In this document: positions 1 through 14,068 of the stretch, one piece after another
How positions within the stretch are numbered: the first letter of the stretch is position 1
Layout of the letters: each line of letters starts with the position of its first letter
Source: Callorhinchus milii
Taxonomy: Eukaryota
Assembly (NCBI RefSeq): GCF_018977255.1
Contig: NW_024704758.1
Location: 3,844,001-3,908,000, forward strand
DNA length: 64,000 bases
Direction of reading: 5' to 3'
Notes under the pieces: model-generated
Database searches by the model: none
Told to the model about the DNA's origin: nothing
What the model saw: the letters and a program-made list of their open reading frames with translations, nothing else
Made by a program: the position numbers and the translations under genes

Positions 1-1473
1 AAAATAGCTCAACTCCAAATCTGTGCTAAATTTATGAGGTATACTGGAAGCAGGGATTTGGAGAATGGTCCCAGCTGGATAAGATGTAAAAAGCTTGCTA
101 GACTCATCTTACAATGGGAATATATGCAGTGTTATCTGATTTAATTCCAGCAATAACCCAGCGAATATCTGGGGTCCTCTGGCCATCATGCACTTAATGC
201 TTTTCTGAATTCGGTAAGTAGGATGCATATTTCCACAAAGAGAATGCGCAATCCATTCCAGACAAACTGGAATTTTCTACACATAGGTAACATGAATAGG
301 GAAAAATCTGAACCTGGTTTGGATACTCTTAAGGATGATTGATGGGTTTCTGCATGTTTCAGACACCTGACTGTGGAATCCACCACATCTTTTCTACACA
401 ATGATAGCAAAATAGCACAATTCCATTTTGTGTTATTACCTGACCACTCTCAGTTCCTTCATATCTAATTGTTGGCTTTTAGCAATCAGACCCTATTTTC
501 TTTGATGGATGGCAAAGGATGATTACCTTAAAAACTCTGAACTACATGTCATTTTTTTTTACATTGCTGAACTAGCTACTGTTACTATCAAATGAATGGA
601 AGTATGTCCCAGAAAGTACAATAATCTGACAGAACTAACAGTAAAATGGATGCCTGAAAAATTAGATTATATTCGCACTTTTATCCATCACAAAAATCAA
701 AGCAGCCAAATGTCAGAACCATACACCTCTAACACCAATTAAATCAATTATTTGGCAAGATGGTTTTGGTTATAGTAGGGCCTTTCTTTGCCAAACTAGG
801 CTCTTTTTATGCTGCATTTCTATCAGTACAGCCTCATGCAACTTGTGCAAGAGGAAAGGGACCTTGAGAGTTGGGATAAGATTGGGGTAATTAACTGCAC
901 GCATTGGAGAAATTGTAAATATATTCCCAGCTCACATTTTGTTCGAATTTTCAGCCCCCGCTCTCTGAAACTCCATCCCAGAGCCCCTCCACCTCACTCT
1001 ATCCTTCTCCTCCATTAAAGCATATCTTAAAACCTTTCTTTTGGTCATACTTTTGGTTACCTTTTCCCCTCCAGCAGCTCCCCCCCACCTAGCTCAGGCT
1101 CCTAGTCAGCTCTGTGAAGCATTTGAGATGTACCCCAGATGTGAAATGTGGGATAAATGTAAATTTATTGTTTAGAAAATATATAATAAAATGATAAAAA
1201 AATTAATAAAAGCAATAAGTCTTTAATAATTTTAGCCTTAGACAAAAGTTAATCGAGTATTAGATGCACATTGATGAAATGAAATAAATAATTGATTATA
1301 TTTATTAAATTTACTCTCATTTCCGACTCATTAAATTACTGTCTCATTACCTTTTAAGATTTCTTATTTGATTTGAAAAAAATATTTTACACAATATTAA
1401 CTGATTTGCTAAAATGTGTCAGAATCCAATTTCTTTTCCAATCTAACTACATCTCAAGATGATTTTTACTCAC

Positions 1474-4400
1474 CGAGTTCTTTAACAGCTTCTTGATGAT
1501 TCCGTTCCACAATATTCCTTAGTTGCTAAAATAAATCAAACAAAATCTGAAGTGAAGTTCGGGATTTAGTACCTTAAAACCCTGAAGGCATTTCAAAGTG
1601 TTTCTGGTCTATAAATCAAACAGACAGGTTGTGTACATTCCATATGTTTGTTTTTTCTTCCTTTCCTCCTCCATTTGACACAATTCTCTTAACATAAACT
1701 TAAAGATACATTTGTTATCTCACGCAAGGTTAAAAGTTGCCAAACTGTAGGCAGAAGTAACAATTATAATAACACTATTATAATATGGTGCACAGATGAG
1801 TCCCAATTGTATACTTCGATAAATCATTCAGATGTAAATTGTGGAACTCTTATCTACCTCTACTCATTCAGGCAAAGACTTAAAAATCCTCATAACCATT
1901 TCCCATTACCTCGGCAATCACTTTTTGGTCGGAAATGTGATCAATAAGATTACTGACATCCTCTTCTCCCACTACATATCCTTTTCCAATGTCATAACCA
2001 AACCTTAGCTGTTTACTAATCTGCTTGTTGAGGAGAAGTATGAACTTTGGAATCAGAATCTGAAAGACAGAACACAGGAATGATGCATGTCAAAACGCCA
2101 TTTAATTGATGTTTGATATGTGTGATTCACCTACAAGCAGAGTAAAACCCCAAAGTGCTGCTCAGGCTCCATGAGTTGGAATGAGTAACCAGGAAGGTCA
2201 ATAGTACCTAAGGTGAGGAGGTGCTGGTGGGAGCTGAGCAGAATAGCCCCAGNTTTTTTGATGTTGAATTCAAGAAACGTAAGCTCATCCCAGACTTGAT
2301 GTCTGACTAGGCTGTCAGAACAGCAGTGGTACTGAACTTGAGGGTGAAAACTGACAGATAGAGTTGTGGGTCATCTGAGTACATATGAATGTATATAAGA
2401 TGTGTAAAGATATAAGAAAACAATTTACTTAGTTTATCACTTAGCTCCTCTTAAATCAAACAAGTTTGGGCTGCTTTTAGGAGGAAACAATATGTTTGTT
2501 AGGCCTTAAAAACATGTACAATGTACCTCTTTATGTCTGCTTTGAACCCTTTGGTTTTGATTTAATTAACTTGGCTTTCACTACCTGCCATATCATATCA
2601 TGAAGCTTCACTCTCACCTTTAAAAGCCGGAGTACCCTAGCAAGACGAACTAATCTGAAGATTCGGACAGTTCGGATCATGTGCACAGTGCGTTCAAAGA
2701 GCTGGTCAAGGATGATGTCTGCTGTTGCCAGCACAATGATAAATATGTCAAATTGGTTCCAATGATCGAAGATATAGGCTTTACGCACCGCTAAAATCTG
2801 CAAGAATTATGAACAATAAAATAATTATTTATCAAAAAGCATTCTATCCTGTTAAACATCCCTCCCATAAGAAATATTGAGCCTGATTTTAAACTACATT
2901 TTTCAATGAAAATCTGTATACAATTTGGAAGCAAAGTAAACTACAAAGTAACAAATGCAATTAACTCCAATTTTAATCTGGACATACAATGGATCACAAG
3001 AACATAAGGACATAAGAATTTGCAAGGCAAAGAAAGACCAGGGTCCATCCAGTTTGCCTTCCAACATGCTGGTAGTCGCATGACATGTCGTGTCCCAAAC
3101 TAAATATTGTATCCAGAGATATTATTTCCTAACAGAAATGTATCTAATTTGTTCTTGAAACAATTGATACTTTCTGCTTCCACCGTCACCCTCAGGAGTC
3201 TGTTCCATAAGTTTACTACTCGCTCACTGAAGTAGTGTTTCCACAAATTTGTTCTGAATTTACCCCTTCAATCACAGGCCGTGTCTTCTGGTACTACTGT
3301 TCAGTACAAGATAAAACAGCTTGTCATGGTCTATGTTATCTAGTGCCTTTAGAATCTTAAAAAACATAATCATATCACCTCCCAAACTTCTCTTCTTCAG
3401 CATGAACATAGTCCAGTCCCTCCATCATTTCAATCATTTTGATTATCATCTTGATATCAAATATATTCAAGAAAAATGCATTTCATACAAACTAATCATC
3501 TTGTCTTCAGTTGCAATTCAGTTCAGACTGCAATTTGCCGCATATTGACAAGTTTAGATTTAATTTAGGAATTTTTCTTTTTAAAAAATGAACCAACATA
3601 TTGGTAATGGTTCTGTGTAAAGAACCAAGTAGGCACTGGAACTGCACCAGTTTTACATACCTTCAATACTGCCACCAGTACATACACAAAGACAAACACG
3701 TAATTTATGAGTTTCAGCTCTCTCTCATGTTCTGTGCTCAGATCCGGAATGTATTCCAATATGATGGGAAAACATTAAGTATTATTACTATGTAGACAAA
3801 ACAGTCAAAAGAATTGGTGAACACCACATAGTAGGAAAGCTTCAATAATCTGTTTCTGTAAAAAAAAAGAAACACATTCTTTAGAATATAATAATAATTA
3901 CATTTGGTATAGCGCCTTTCATGTCAGAAGGATGTTTCAAAGTCCTTCATAGTATATACTATAAAGGGGAGTGACTATGTATTTTGCGGCAGTCAATTGG
4001 GAAGACGTCCCAAGAATATCCTCTGTATTCATTACAGTTAATGGATGTCCAGGGGATGGTGAAGAGGCAGATTTCCATCTTTGGAACTACCATCAATCTA
4101 TCAAACTCAAGAATCCCCCGAAACCATGATATGAAGAGATCGAGGTAAACGCTAGTTCTGTGCCCCCCTCCAGTCCAAGGTGCTATTGCTGATTCACTTT
4201 TCTGCTTCATCAATGGAACTTATTGAGATAAATATGCCTTTGAGGTTCTTCCCACATAGTCCTTGATAAAAGCTAATGCCGCATTGATAAAGTTAAATGA
4301 GCAGTATAAAGTTTAGCCCCCCGGGAGCGATTATATTCTCCAGAGCTGACTAAAAGAAACAGTTTTGTAGGTATCAGAGTAACAGCTAGCCAAATAATAA

Positions 4401-7400
4401 TACTAATAATCCTTACAATTATAATACTAATAATTCTTAGAATTGATTCCCAACATCCACTTGAATTACAAGGCAGATGGGACCTAAATTTGATGATTCA
4501 ATCATCTAGTCATAGATGTAAAAAGTACTTCAAATTATGAAAAATAATTGCCTACTTACTTTGATGGTTTATATTTTTCTACTTTGACGTTGTACACCCA
4601 GTCCTCTAGTTTCTGCCTCACATTGAAAAACAATCCTTTGATTTCCCAGTGCTTTTTCACATCTAATACTGTCATAAACCTAGACCAGGCAAAGAGAAAA
4701 TCACTACACACTGTTCATTTTTCTTCTTGTTGATTTGAAAAACTATTCTTCATATTGCAGCTGTGAGATATGGCTGCTTTTTTTAAAAAAAACAAATTGA
4801 AATCATTTTCCATAAGATTAAAATTAAGCACGGCTGGAACTCACTCGGAAAATAAAACATTTGCTTCCTTTCTGAGAAAACTTGTTAAAAAACGAAACTG
4901 AGTCTCAGCCGGTAAATGTGATTTACTTCCAGCGCTTTGGAGCATAGATCCCATGTGCTGGCCATGACTTCTGTTAATTTCCTGTTAGTGACTCTGTGTC
5001 ACTATTAGGGAATTGTATTGTGATCCACTGTTTCTTTGATACCTGTATGACCAGTCATCAAACATACCCCATTTCAGCAGGTAATGTAGTCAAATAGTTA
5101 CAGTCCTAGAGCGTTGCACTCTCAACTATGAGTATTCAGATGGTAACTTATTAGTCCTATCATCTTGTGAGAGAGAAAAAAAACAAAGAGGTCTCTTGCT
5201 TGACATTTTTTCCTTGCCATTTTCAATTGCAGACACATATCACCTGTTCTGAAATACTCTTAAAGTCTCAGGAGATCATTTCATGTGATGATAAATGTCA
5301 TTCCTCCCATTCCATACCATTTGATGATGAACATCTGTACTGATCAATTGTGCTTGAACATGAGGTTGAAAATACTGTCTCACGATAAAAGAACCTAGCT
5401 GAACTTGTTTTTATTCAATCCTGAAAGTACAGACGATTTAGATACAAGATTATTTGACTTAGACTGTGAGTGCAGAAATTTCCTGCAGTATGCCCTTACC
5501 TTCCAGAATCAATGGTGCTCTCGGTGATACTGATCAGAGTTCGTGCTGCCTGTCGATTAAGCATTCCAGCACTGTACTGCCGCCAGTAACTAGTCTATGT
5601 ATAAAGGCAATAAAACCAAAAAAGTTACAAATATCTATAATTTAAAACTCAAAGAGCCAGTAAAGTGTCAAGTTCCATCTTATAAGGGTATAAACCCTCA
5701 AACATCTAGTCCCTTGGGACCCCCGCCAGCACACACCCCCACCCACCCCCCCAACATGAAAGGTACTATATAAATGCAATTTGTTGTTGGTGGATGTTGT
5801 TTTTGAATAAAAAAAAGATCTGATTAGTATCAGGACTAAGCATAGGGCATCAACATGGAGAACCTCGAGGTTAGTATGTCTTTAAAAGATCTTTGATGTT
5901 AATGATACAGTATTGATGCATCATCCCTTTTACTCTCTTCTTATTCTCTGAGAACTGAAGAAACAAATAAGGTAATGCACAGAAAGATTACCCAACTGAT
6001 AATATGGATTTCATTATTCAAATTAATGCATCCACTGCTCACAGTAAAAGTCAGGCACGTATCAGTGTCAGGTGAGTAAGCTCACAAAATGCAACTTCTC
6101 TTCAAATTAATTTGAAACTCTGGAGCCAGAATGTTGCCCATGTGATCTTTTCTACTCCTCTGTACAAAGGTGACATATCCTGCTACTATGTTTGTTTATA
6201 TTTTAAGAGAAAAGAGGAAACATCTGGAATTTTCAATATAAAATCGAATTGATTCATTTGAAAAAAAATCAAACTTTTTTTCTGAATTTGCTAAATGATA
6301 GCAAATTGGGCAGGGTCGGGAGAGGGAATTTAAAAAAATGTAGAAGTACCATGGCCAAATGGCCTTATTCTGTGCGAAAAATGCCTGTTTCTAGTAGGAA
6401 TATTTCTAGATATTTACTGGTTCATTTACCCACCAATGAATACTGTCCAACTTGCTTGTGAAAAATTTTGACTTGGGCAAGATACTGGAAAACTACTTCT
6501 GCTGAGAAGTTTTAACCTACTTTGAGTCACTCCCTTCAGGAAAGGGCAAGTGCAGTAAATCACAGGAAGAATTAGAAAATAAAAATAGCACTTCATGAAG
6601 TCTGACCTTTTGTGCTTTTAAAACGCGTATCCTAGCTTCTTCCATCATATCATCTATCTCACGAAGCGAGGGTTCCCAAGCAATGCCCTTCTCACAATCG
6701 GGGCATCGAGCTGCTCTTGCATTCGTCAAATGCTCATCAATATTAACCTGAAAATATTAAGAGGACGGGTACCAAAGTTCTTGTAATATGTTGCAAGGCT
6801 TAGTATTACTTAATGTACATCACATTGAGTGTTTTATTACTTCCACTCAACACAAATGGTCATTAAATAAAATACTCTTTTAAGACTTGGTGAGTCTGTA
6901 TCCATAGCTGCTTCAGCTACAGTTTCAACTGTATATTGTGATCTTTTGTGTTTGTTGTAATGGAAAACAAAAGTAGGTGAAAACAAAAAGTAAAAAACTG
7001 CAAAGAGCATTTAAATGTTGAAAAAAAACACAAAATGGGAGCAGTGAGTAAAAAACTGATAAACACAACTTAGTAATGTTTACTATATTTGAATGAAACT
7101 TTGGAACACTCTTCCTTCCCCATCTTATTCGACTGTGCTTATGGTCACCTCCCCCTCTCCCAGACGTCATGCTCTGACACTGTAAGGGTTCTGGGCCCCT
7201 ACCTTGCGTGAGGAGTGATATATAAATGCAAGGAGTCCTGTAGCTCAGTGGTTAGAGCACTCGCTTTGCAAGTGAGAGACCTGAGTTCAATTCCAGGCAG
7301 GTCAGGGCGAAACCTTGGGCAAGTTTCCTTACTCCACACAGAGCCTAATAATAATCCCTCCAAAACCAAAAACAATAATAAATTGGTCATTTTCAATCTA

Positions 7401-10400
7401 CGACTGTTTGTGGGACATTGTTGTGCGCAATTGACTGCCGCGTTCGCCCACAAATATACAGTCAATTCACTTTACAGTGTGTTCTGTGAAGCGCTTTGGG
7501 ACGTCCTCCCGACGTGAAAAGCGCTATATCAAATGCGAGGATTATTATTATTATTATTCGCCAGAGGGGCCAACCAGGCTTGGAGTGTGACCGACCACCG
7601 TCTCCCAGGGGCTGAAGTTTCCAGCAACGTTGCTCCACTGCTGCGATTAAATGCAAGGATTATTATTATTATAAGTTGTTGTCGTTGTTGTTGAACTACT
7701 CAGCAGTTCATACTAACAACAAGGCTGTTCATCTTTAGAACTTCCTATTTTCTAAGAGTATATATAGTAGGGGATTGCTTACGTCATCATGAGATGTCTT
7801 GTATGGATCTTCAATCTGCACTACTCTTTCTGCCATTATCCAGTTAGCATCTGCTAGGAATCTATCCATTTTCAGCAAAGAGAAAGTGTTATTCTGACTC
7901 TCTTTGATACGTTGAATTGCACTATACATTGCCATGCGTTTAGGAATTGGTATATCACTAAGACCTTGAAAAGAAACAAAATATTACTAATATTATAACC
8001 TTTATGATATTATTCTCATGCAACACATATATCATTAGTAGAAGAGCTGCCTGTGTTATTAACATTAGTGGATTTTCAATTGGAGGTGCATGAGTGGGTG
8101 TGGGCAGGACAGTGGTGGCAATGTAGTGATCATATATTTGGAGACAAACACAGCAGCCAATTTGCACATAGCGATGCCCCACAAACAGTCATGAAGTGAA
8201 TGTCTTGGTTGGATGTCAATCCCTTCTTGATTCTTGGGCATATGAGAGTGGGTGAAGGTCAACATTTTGTAAAATAGTTCCACCTGGCTCCACAATACAT
8301 CTCGTAACTTAATACTTCTCATAGAAATGTTAACAAATGTTAACACCAAGATGAATTCGAAGAGGTACATCAGATATGTTATTATGTTCACTATATTAAA
8401 TGCAGTATTGTTACACTGTAAATTCTCACAATAGGTGCTAGACATAGAATTCTTAAAACCTGTTTTGCAATGTCCAAGTGGGGCCCAAGTTGATGATGAA
8501 CTTTGGCAACATAGTATCAGGCATTTAAATCATTGCGGGAATTATTTTTAAAAAACATAAAAAACAGTGAAATCTCACTGGCTTTTAAAAAATATAATGA
8601 TAGACAGAGGAAATTGACATTGTCTTTACAGAATGATTTTTGTGGAAAGATTACACTGATATAATGACACATAGTAACATCACTCCATTGCCAGCATCAC
8701 CTAAAAGGATAGGAATCTGTGATTCCCTCAGTCCAAGGTATATAGGATTTAATAACTGAATAACTGTAACTCAGGTAGAATATTTATTCTATATATTACC
8801 CAACAGATTGACAATCCATCCCATCGTGGTCCCATTGATTAACAGCGTCAGCACTACAGTTCCTGACACATGCAGCAGGATCTAGAAATAGAAGTCATTA
8901 CAATGATGATAACAACAACAATAATAATCCTTGCATTTGTTCTAGAACCATTCATATTGGAAGGACATCTTAAAGCACGTCACAGGGTTTACCATGAAGT
9001 GAAGTGACTGTGTATTTTCTGGGTGAATGAGTAGCCCAATTGAGAGCAGCAATGTGCCACAAACAGCCATGAAACGAGTGATCAATTTCTGAGAAGCCAC
9101 TTTTTCTCAGAATAACCACAAATGATAAAAACATTGTTCCTCTGTCATATCCACAAGGTTACGTTTTTAATATGATATATTTACCACTTGAATACCTCCT
9201 CAAACAAATAGTGTGCCAAGAGTGCTCGTGGCATCACTGTTCCTTAAGACCATCCTCTTCCTCCACAGCAAGATTATTGGCTTATATGCCAATAATCCAA
9301 CAAAACTGTTTTCTAAACCAACACCTTCAATGTAACAATCTGAATGATATGTTTTTGGAATTGTATGGATAGTTTACAACTGAATGAATGCAGTGCAATC
9401 ATTATTGCTGTCCTTACCTTGTTCCTGACATTCTCTTCATCAAGACCTTCTAACTGGTAAGCCATGAGAGCAAGACTCAAAGTGAAAGCCCCCTTTGTGC
9501 CACTCCAGATACAAACAGCCGCCCAGCGCCAGTTAAAACCATATCCCATACGGGATAGTAATGGTGACATTGCTACAATCAGCACCAACCTACAAAAGAG
9601 TAGAGGAAGGGTAACAGAGTAAGAAAATCTGGAGTAAGTAAGGGTCAGTTAGCCATCAATCTCTCTCCTTTTATCTCCATTCCTGATATAGGAAATATAT
9701 CAAATTGATACAGGGTAGTCCTATTATTAAACAGTCATCTGGGTCCAATATCTCATTGGCTGTGTAATGCTGGAATGTAAAAAAACGCTTAAGGTTCATA
9801 ATAAACAAATCTGGGTTGCAGAACAAAGCAGAAAAGTTAATATAAAAGAGAGATAACTGAGAATTGAAGAGAGTGGGAGAAAACGTGAAATGAGAATGGA
9901 TGAGGAGAGATGAAGTGAAGGAGATATATTCGACAAGGTGATATGAGATAGATGGAACAAATAGAGCCTCAGGACACTAAGAATTTTCGCAAAAAAGGGT
10001 AAAATACTAAATTAAAGTAAAAACAAAAGTAATTGGGACATGTCAAGTACTTACCCTTTTCATTTAAATCACAACAAGTTATAATTATTATAGTGAGAAC
10101 ATGGACACAAAGCTTACCGTACAGTGTTTAGTCCAAAGTAGAGCACAATGATAAAAAATCCATCATTGATAGACATATGTTCTAGAGATCTCTGTGATAT
10201 CACAACTCCAACAATCATGAAAATAAGTGTATTACCCAGATATGTCAGCATTTCCCAGAAGCTACAAAATAATTGAAAATCCAATATGTTACATTAGAAA
10301 TATATTACTGCAGCAAACAATAGATTTACTGCATAATTATACTCAGTGACTTTTCTGTGACATAGATCGAAGAACTTGCAATTTATAGCAAATCATTGCA

Positions 10401-13400
10401 CTTTACAATATATCCTGTGAAGCACCTTGAGACATCCTCCCGAAGTGAAAGGCTTACAGGATTATTATTATTATTAAGTATTTTTGCAGGCAATCACGGC
10501 AGTCATCTTGGCACAGCGAGGTCCCACAAACAGCCTGCGGCAAACTGAGCCAAGTTGACATGCTGCATGTGACCATTAAACAACAACTGCAACAAAATTA
10601 TATTTGTATAGTGCCTTTCACATCAGGAGGACGTCCCAAGGCACTGGACAATGAGTATTTTGGACTTGAGCTGGGGGTTGGGATCGGGGAGGGTGGCGGA
10701 CAGGAGGGGGAAGGAGGGTGATCGAAGGCACGGTTGACGAGGAGGATTTTGAGCTGGGTCTTGAAAGAGGCAAGGGAGGGGGCGAGGCAGAATGATTGCA
10801 GGATGGAATTCCAGAATGGCTGAAGGCCTGCCCGCCAATGGTGGGACCGGCGAGGCGGGGGACGTGAAGCAGGCCAGAGGCCACTGAGCGGATGGAGCAG
10901 GCAGTTTGGTACGGGGTTAGAAGGTCGCAGAGGTAAAGGGGAGCAAGGCCATGGAGGGAATATTAAATACTCTATACTTTACATTTCTTCCAGTTATGAA
11001 TTCTGTTCTATTACTCACCGTAACAGGAACACTTCAATCTCTGGGCTAAAACTCACTGTGTCCATAAAAAGACCCATAAAGGTAACAGATATGACACCAG
11101 ACATACCAATCCATTCACCTGAAAATTAAGCAAACCCAGAAACAATTCAAACATTAGTTCTTCACTTTCAGGTGTAAATCCGTCANTTTTTTCAAATAAT
11201 TTATATAGTATGAGTATTTTAATGCAACCAATGAATCAGAGAATCAAAAGCCTCCCCTTCCATATTCAAAGAACTCCAATTTTGAAGCTGAATTTATGTT
11301 CATAAATCTGACAAGCAAATCATAGTACCGAATACAGTAACTGATTCCAGTTCAGTTACTTCATCCCAGTATGCTCCAGTACTAGAGGTGAGGTTGAACA
11401 CAACAATCCAGAATTCAAACCACAATACCATGATAAACACTAAAATTGCTTCATGCTGTAATGGGGAGATGATATTGGTATTCTGAAAAGACGAGATTCA
11501 AATAGTCCTTTACTATGTATCCATACGTTAATCCATACATACAGTATCCATGTGAGATATAACAAGTGTTTTTTACTTAAACACATTTGCTGTACCAGAA
11601 TGGGGCCTGCTATTCTCTTTTCTAATAAGTTAATGGAGAAAGATTAAAAAATACCAACAGACAAATATTAAGATTACATACCTTGTAAGATCTTCATTCA
11701 TCAAATGGAAAGGCATCCTCCACACATTATTAGGTTTGGGGCACAGTTGACTAAAAGTCATGAGGACAATTTAAGATGTAGTGATGCTTGCAACATCAAT
11801 CATGTGACCTCTCCAACTCTTGTATATTGTAAGTAGATCATTAAGAGGTAATCGTTTATTTTACTACAACTTACAAAAAGGAGAAGAAACCCAAGGGGCC
11901 CAGGAGGATTAACGGATGGGCGTGTGAAGAATGGCTTTCCATTCAATGAATGAATCAGATTTTACAAGTCCTATTTCTTCTTCTTCACTCCTGGCATACT
12001 ACACACCCCACCGGAATTTGACGAAGTAGTGAGGACCTTAATCATGAAGGGAACTAATGTGGCTGTACTGGGGTGTTTTACTAAAGGGAGTATAGAATTA
12101 CAGAAGGCAAATGGAATAATGCCAAAGCTATTTTGCTGCAAGGAAATAAAATGCAGGAAGACAAAAATGTAAATATAATTTTAAATTCGAGCAGTGATAG
12201 TGATTATGGTAAAGAAATTTACGTGGAAAGTATTCTGACCAGCAAACTTACCAATACACTTACCACAGCTTCACAGCAATAATGCAACAGAATGTCAGAG
12301 GTGAGGGTGAAGGTGGGCGGGTGGGTAGAGAGAGGGAAAAAATTAACACCTCACTGCTAGAACATGGGAGTGGGAGAGGTCACATGCATGATGTCACTGA
12401 TGTTGCAATATCTTAATGGGATTTCATCATGAATTATTCCACAGCAAGAATATGTCAACCATGCCCAGAATTCAACAGTGTGCAGAGGATGCCTGGAATA
12501 AAGAAGGCAGTAATAAATAAAACAAATTTCAACATTGTTAGGCAACACAAAATACCTGCTTGCCACAACAAGAGAAAAAGAACCAACGGCCTGTCACAAA
12601 GGCTGTGATACAACAGCACAAAGAAGATCCAAAACGCTTTGCATTTATACAGCACTTTTCACCCCAGGAGGACATCTCAAAGTGCTTCACGCTCCTGGCT
12701 GAGCATTTGAGCCAGGAGGAGGGTGGGAGGGGAAAGATTACTGAAAACGGGGTCAAAGAGACAAGTCTTACCGTGGGCTTTTAACACGGGGAGGGAGAGA
12801 GCGAGTCGGCGGGACTCCAGGATGGAGTTCCAGAAAGTAAAGCAGAATGGCTTAAAGCTCACCCACCAATTTGGGCTGGATCAGGCGTGGGGACGTGAAG
12901 CCGGCCAGTATTCACTGAGTGAAGGAAGTGGTTGGGTCGGTAGGGTTGTGGAAGGTTGCAGAGGTAGGGTGGGGCTAGGCTAAAGGTGAGAACGAGGATC
13001 TTAACAACCCGAGGAACAAAGACTGGCCAATGATCACAAAGTCATGGGTGAACCCCGGATATTATATATTAACTATGGAATTCCCTTAATTCCCTTTTCT
13101 CCATCCTACCTCTACAATCTCCTCCAGTTTACTCTGCCGTGCACTGACTCCTCTCTTTAATCTCGGGCCTCTTGCAAGTTCCTCAGCCCCTTCACCCTAC
13201 CATGGGCGGCTGACCTTTTAGCCATGAAGCCCCACTCTCTGCAACTTCCTTCCAAAACCCCTCTGCCCGAAACCCTCTCTCGCAGTCTTTAAACCTTTCT
13301 AAAAACCCACCTCTTTGACAAATGCATGTAAAGTATCAACATCTTCAAGGTCACAAAGATAAAACATCAAAACAAGCTTGATAATAAATTATTTAATTAG

Positions 13401-14037
13401 TGTTTGAACTTTGACTGAACAACAACAACAGCAATCCTTATTGAGATGTCTCAAAATGCCAAATATTTAAACTTTACGAAGCGATGCAGACTTACCAACA
13501 TAGAATGTGACATAAGTAATTCCCAAACTGATAGTTATCTCTGTTAAACCATCATTGAATATATAGGTCAGACATAACATGGTGATTTTGGCCATTAGAT
13601 ATCCATATATTGGGCTGACAAGCACCTTCAAAATCAGTTTTGTACCAAGCTCAGTTGCTATGTAAAAAAAAACAAGTGTTTAGCAGCTCTATTTTGCAAT
13701 AATAAACAGTGAATTCTCAAAAACATTTCCATAAGACTATAAGACCATAAGACTCAGGAGCAGGAGTAGGCCATTCGGCCCCTCGAGCCTGCCCCGCCAT
13801 TTAATAAGATCATGGCTGATCTTCTAACCTAATTCCATTTACCCGCCCTATCCCCATATCCCTTAATCACTCTATCCTTCCAAATTGTTTGATTTGAAGA
13901 AGTTTCTGTTACAGTTCAATCAGATATCTCTACTAATTGGGATCAGCCCTGTTGTAGATGTTAAAACAATGTGGATATCAGCTGTGTCTGTGTGTGTATG
14001 GGCGGGTGTGAATGTAGGCGTGGGTGTGCATGGGTAG

Positions 14038-14068
<31 letters not shown>

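Noticed and set aside
1-1400. Further SLC9C exon toward the CNBD
   Set aside because: No segment with suitable splice sites and the expected homology was found; the next exon probably lies left of the window.
7232-7302. tRNA-Ala(TGC)-like sequence (also near 21620-21691, 32349, 40890, 57680, 18735)
   Set aside because: A and B boxes are present but there is no proper acceptor stem, and each runs into a SINE body and tail. These are SINE heads, not tRNA genes.
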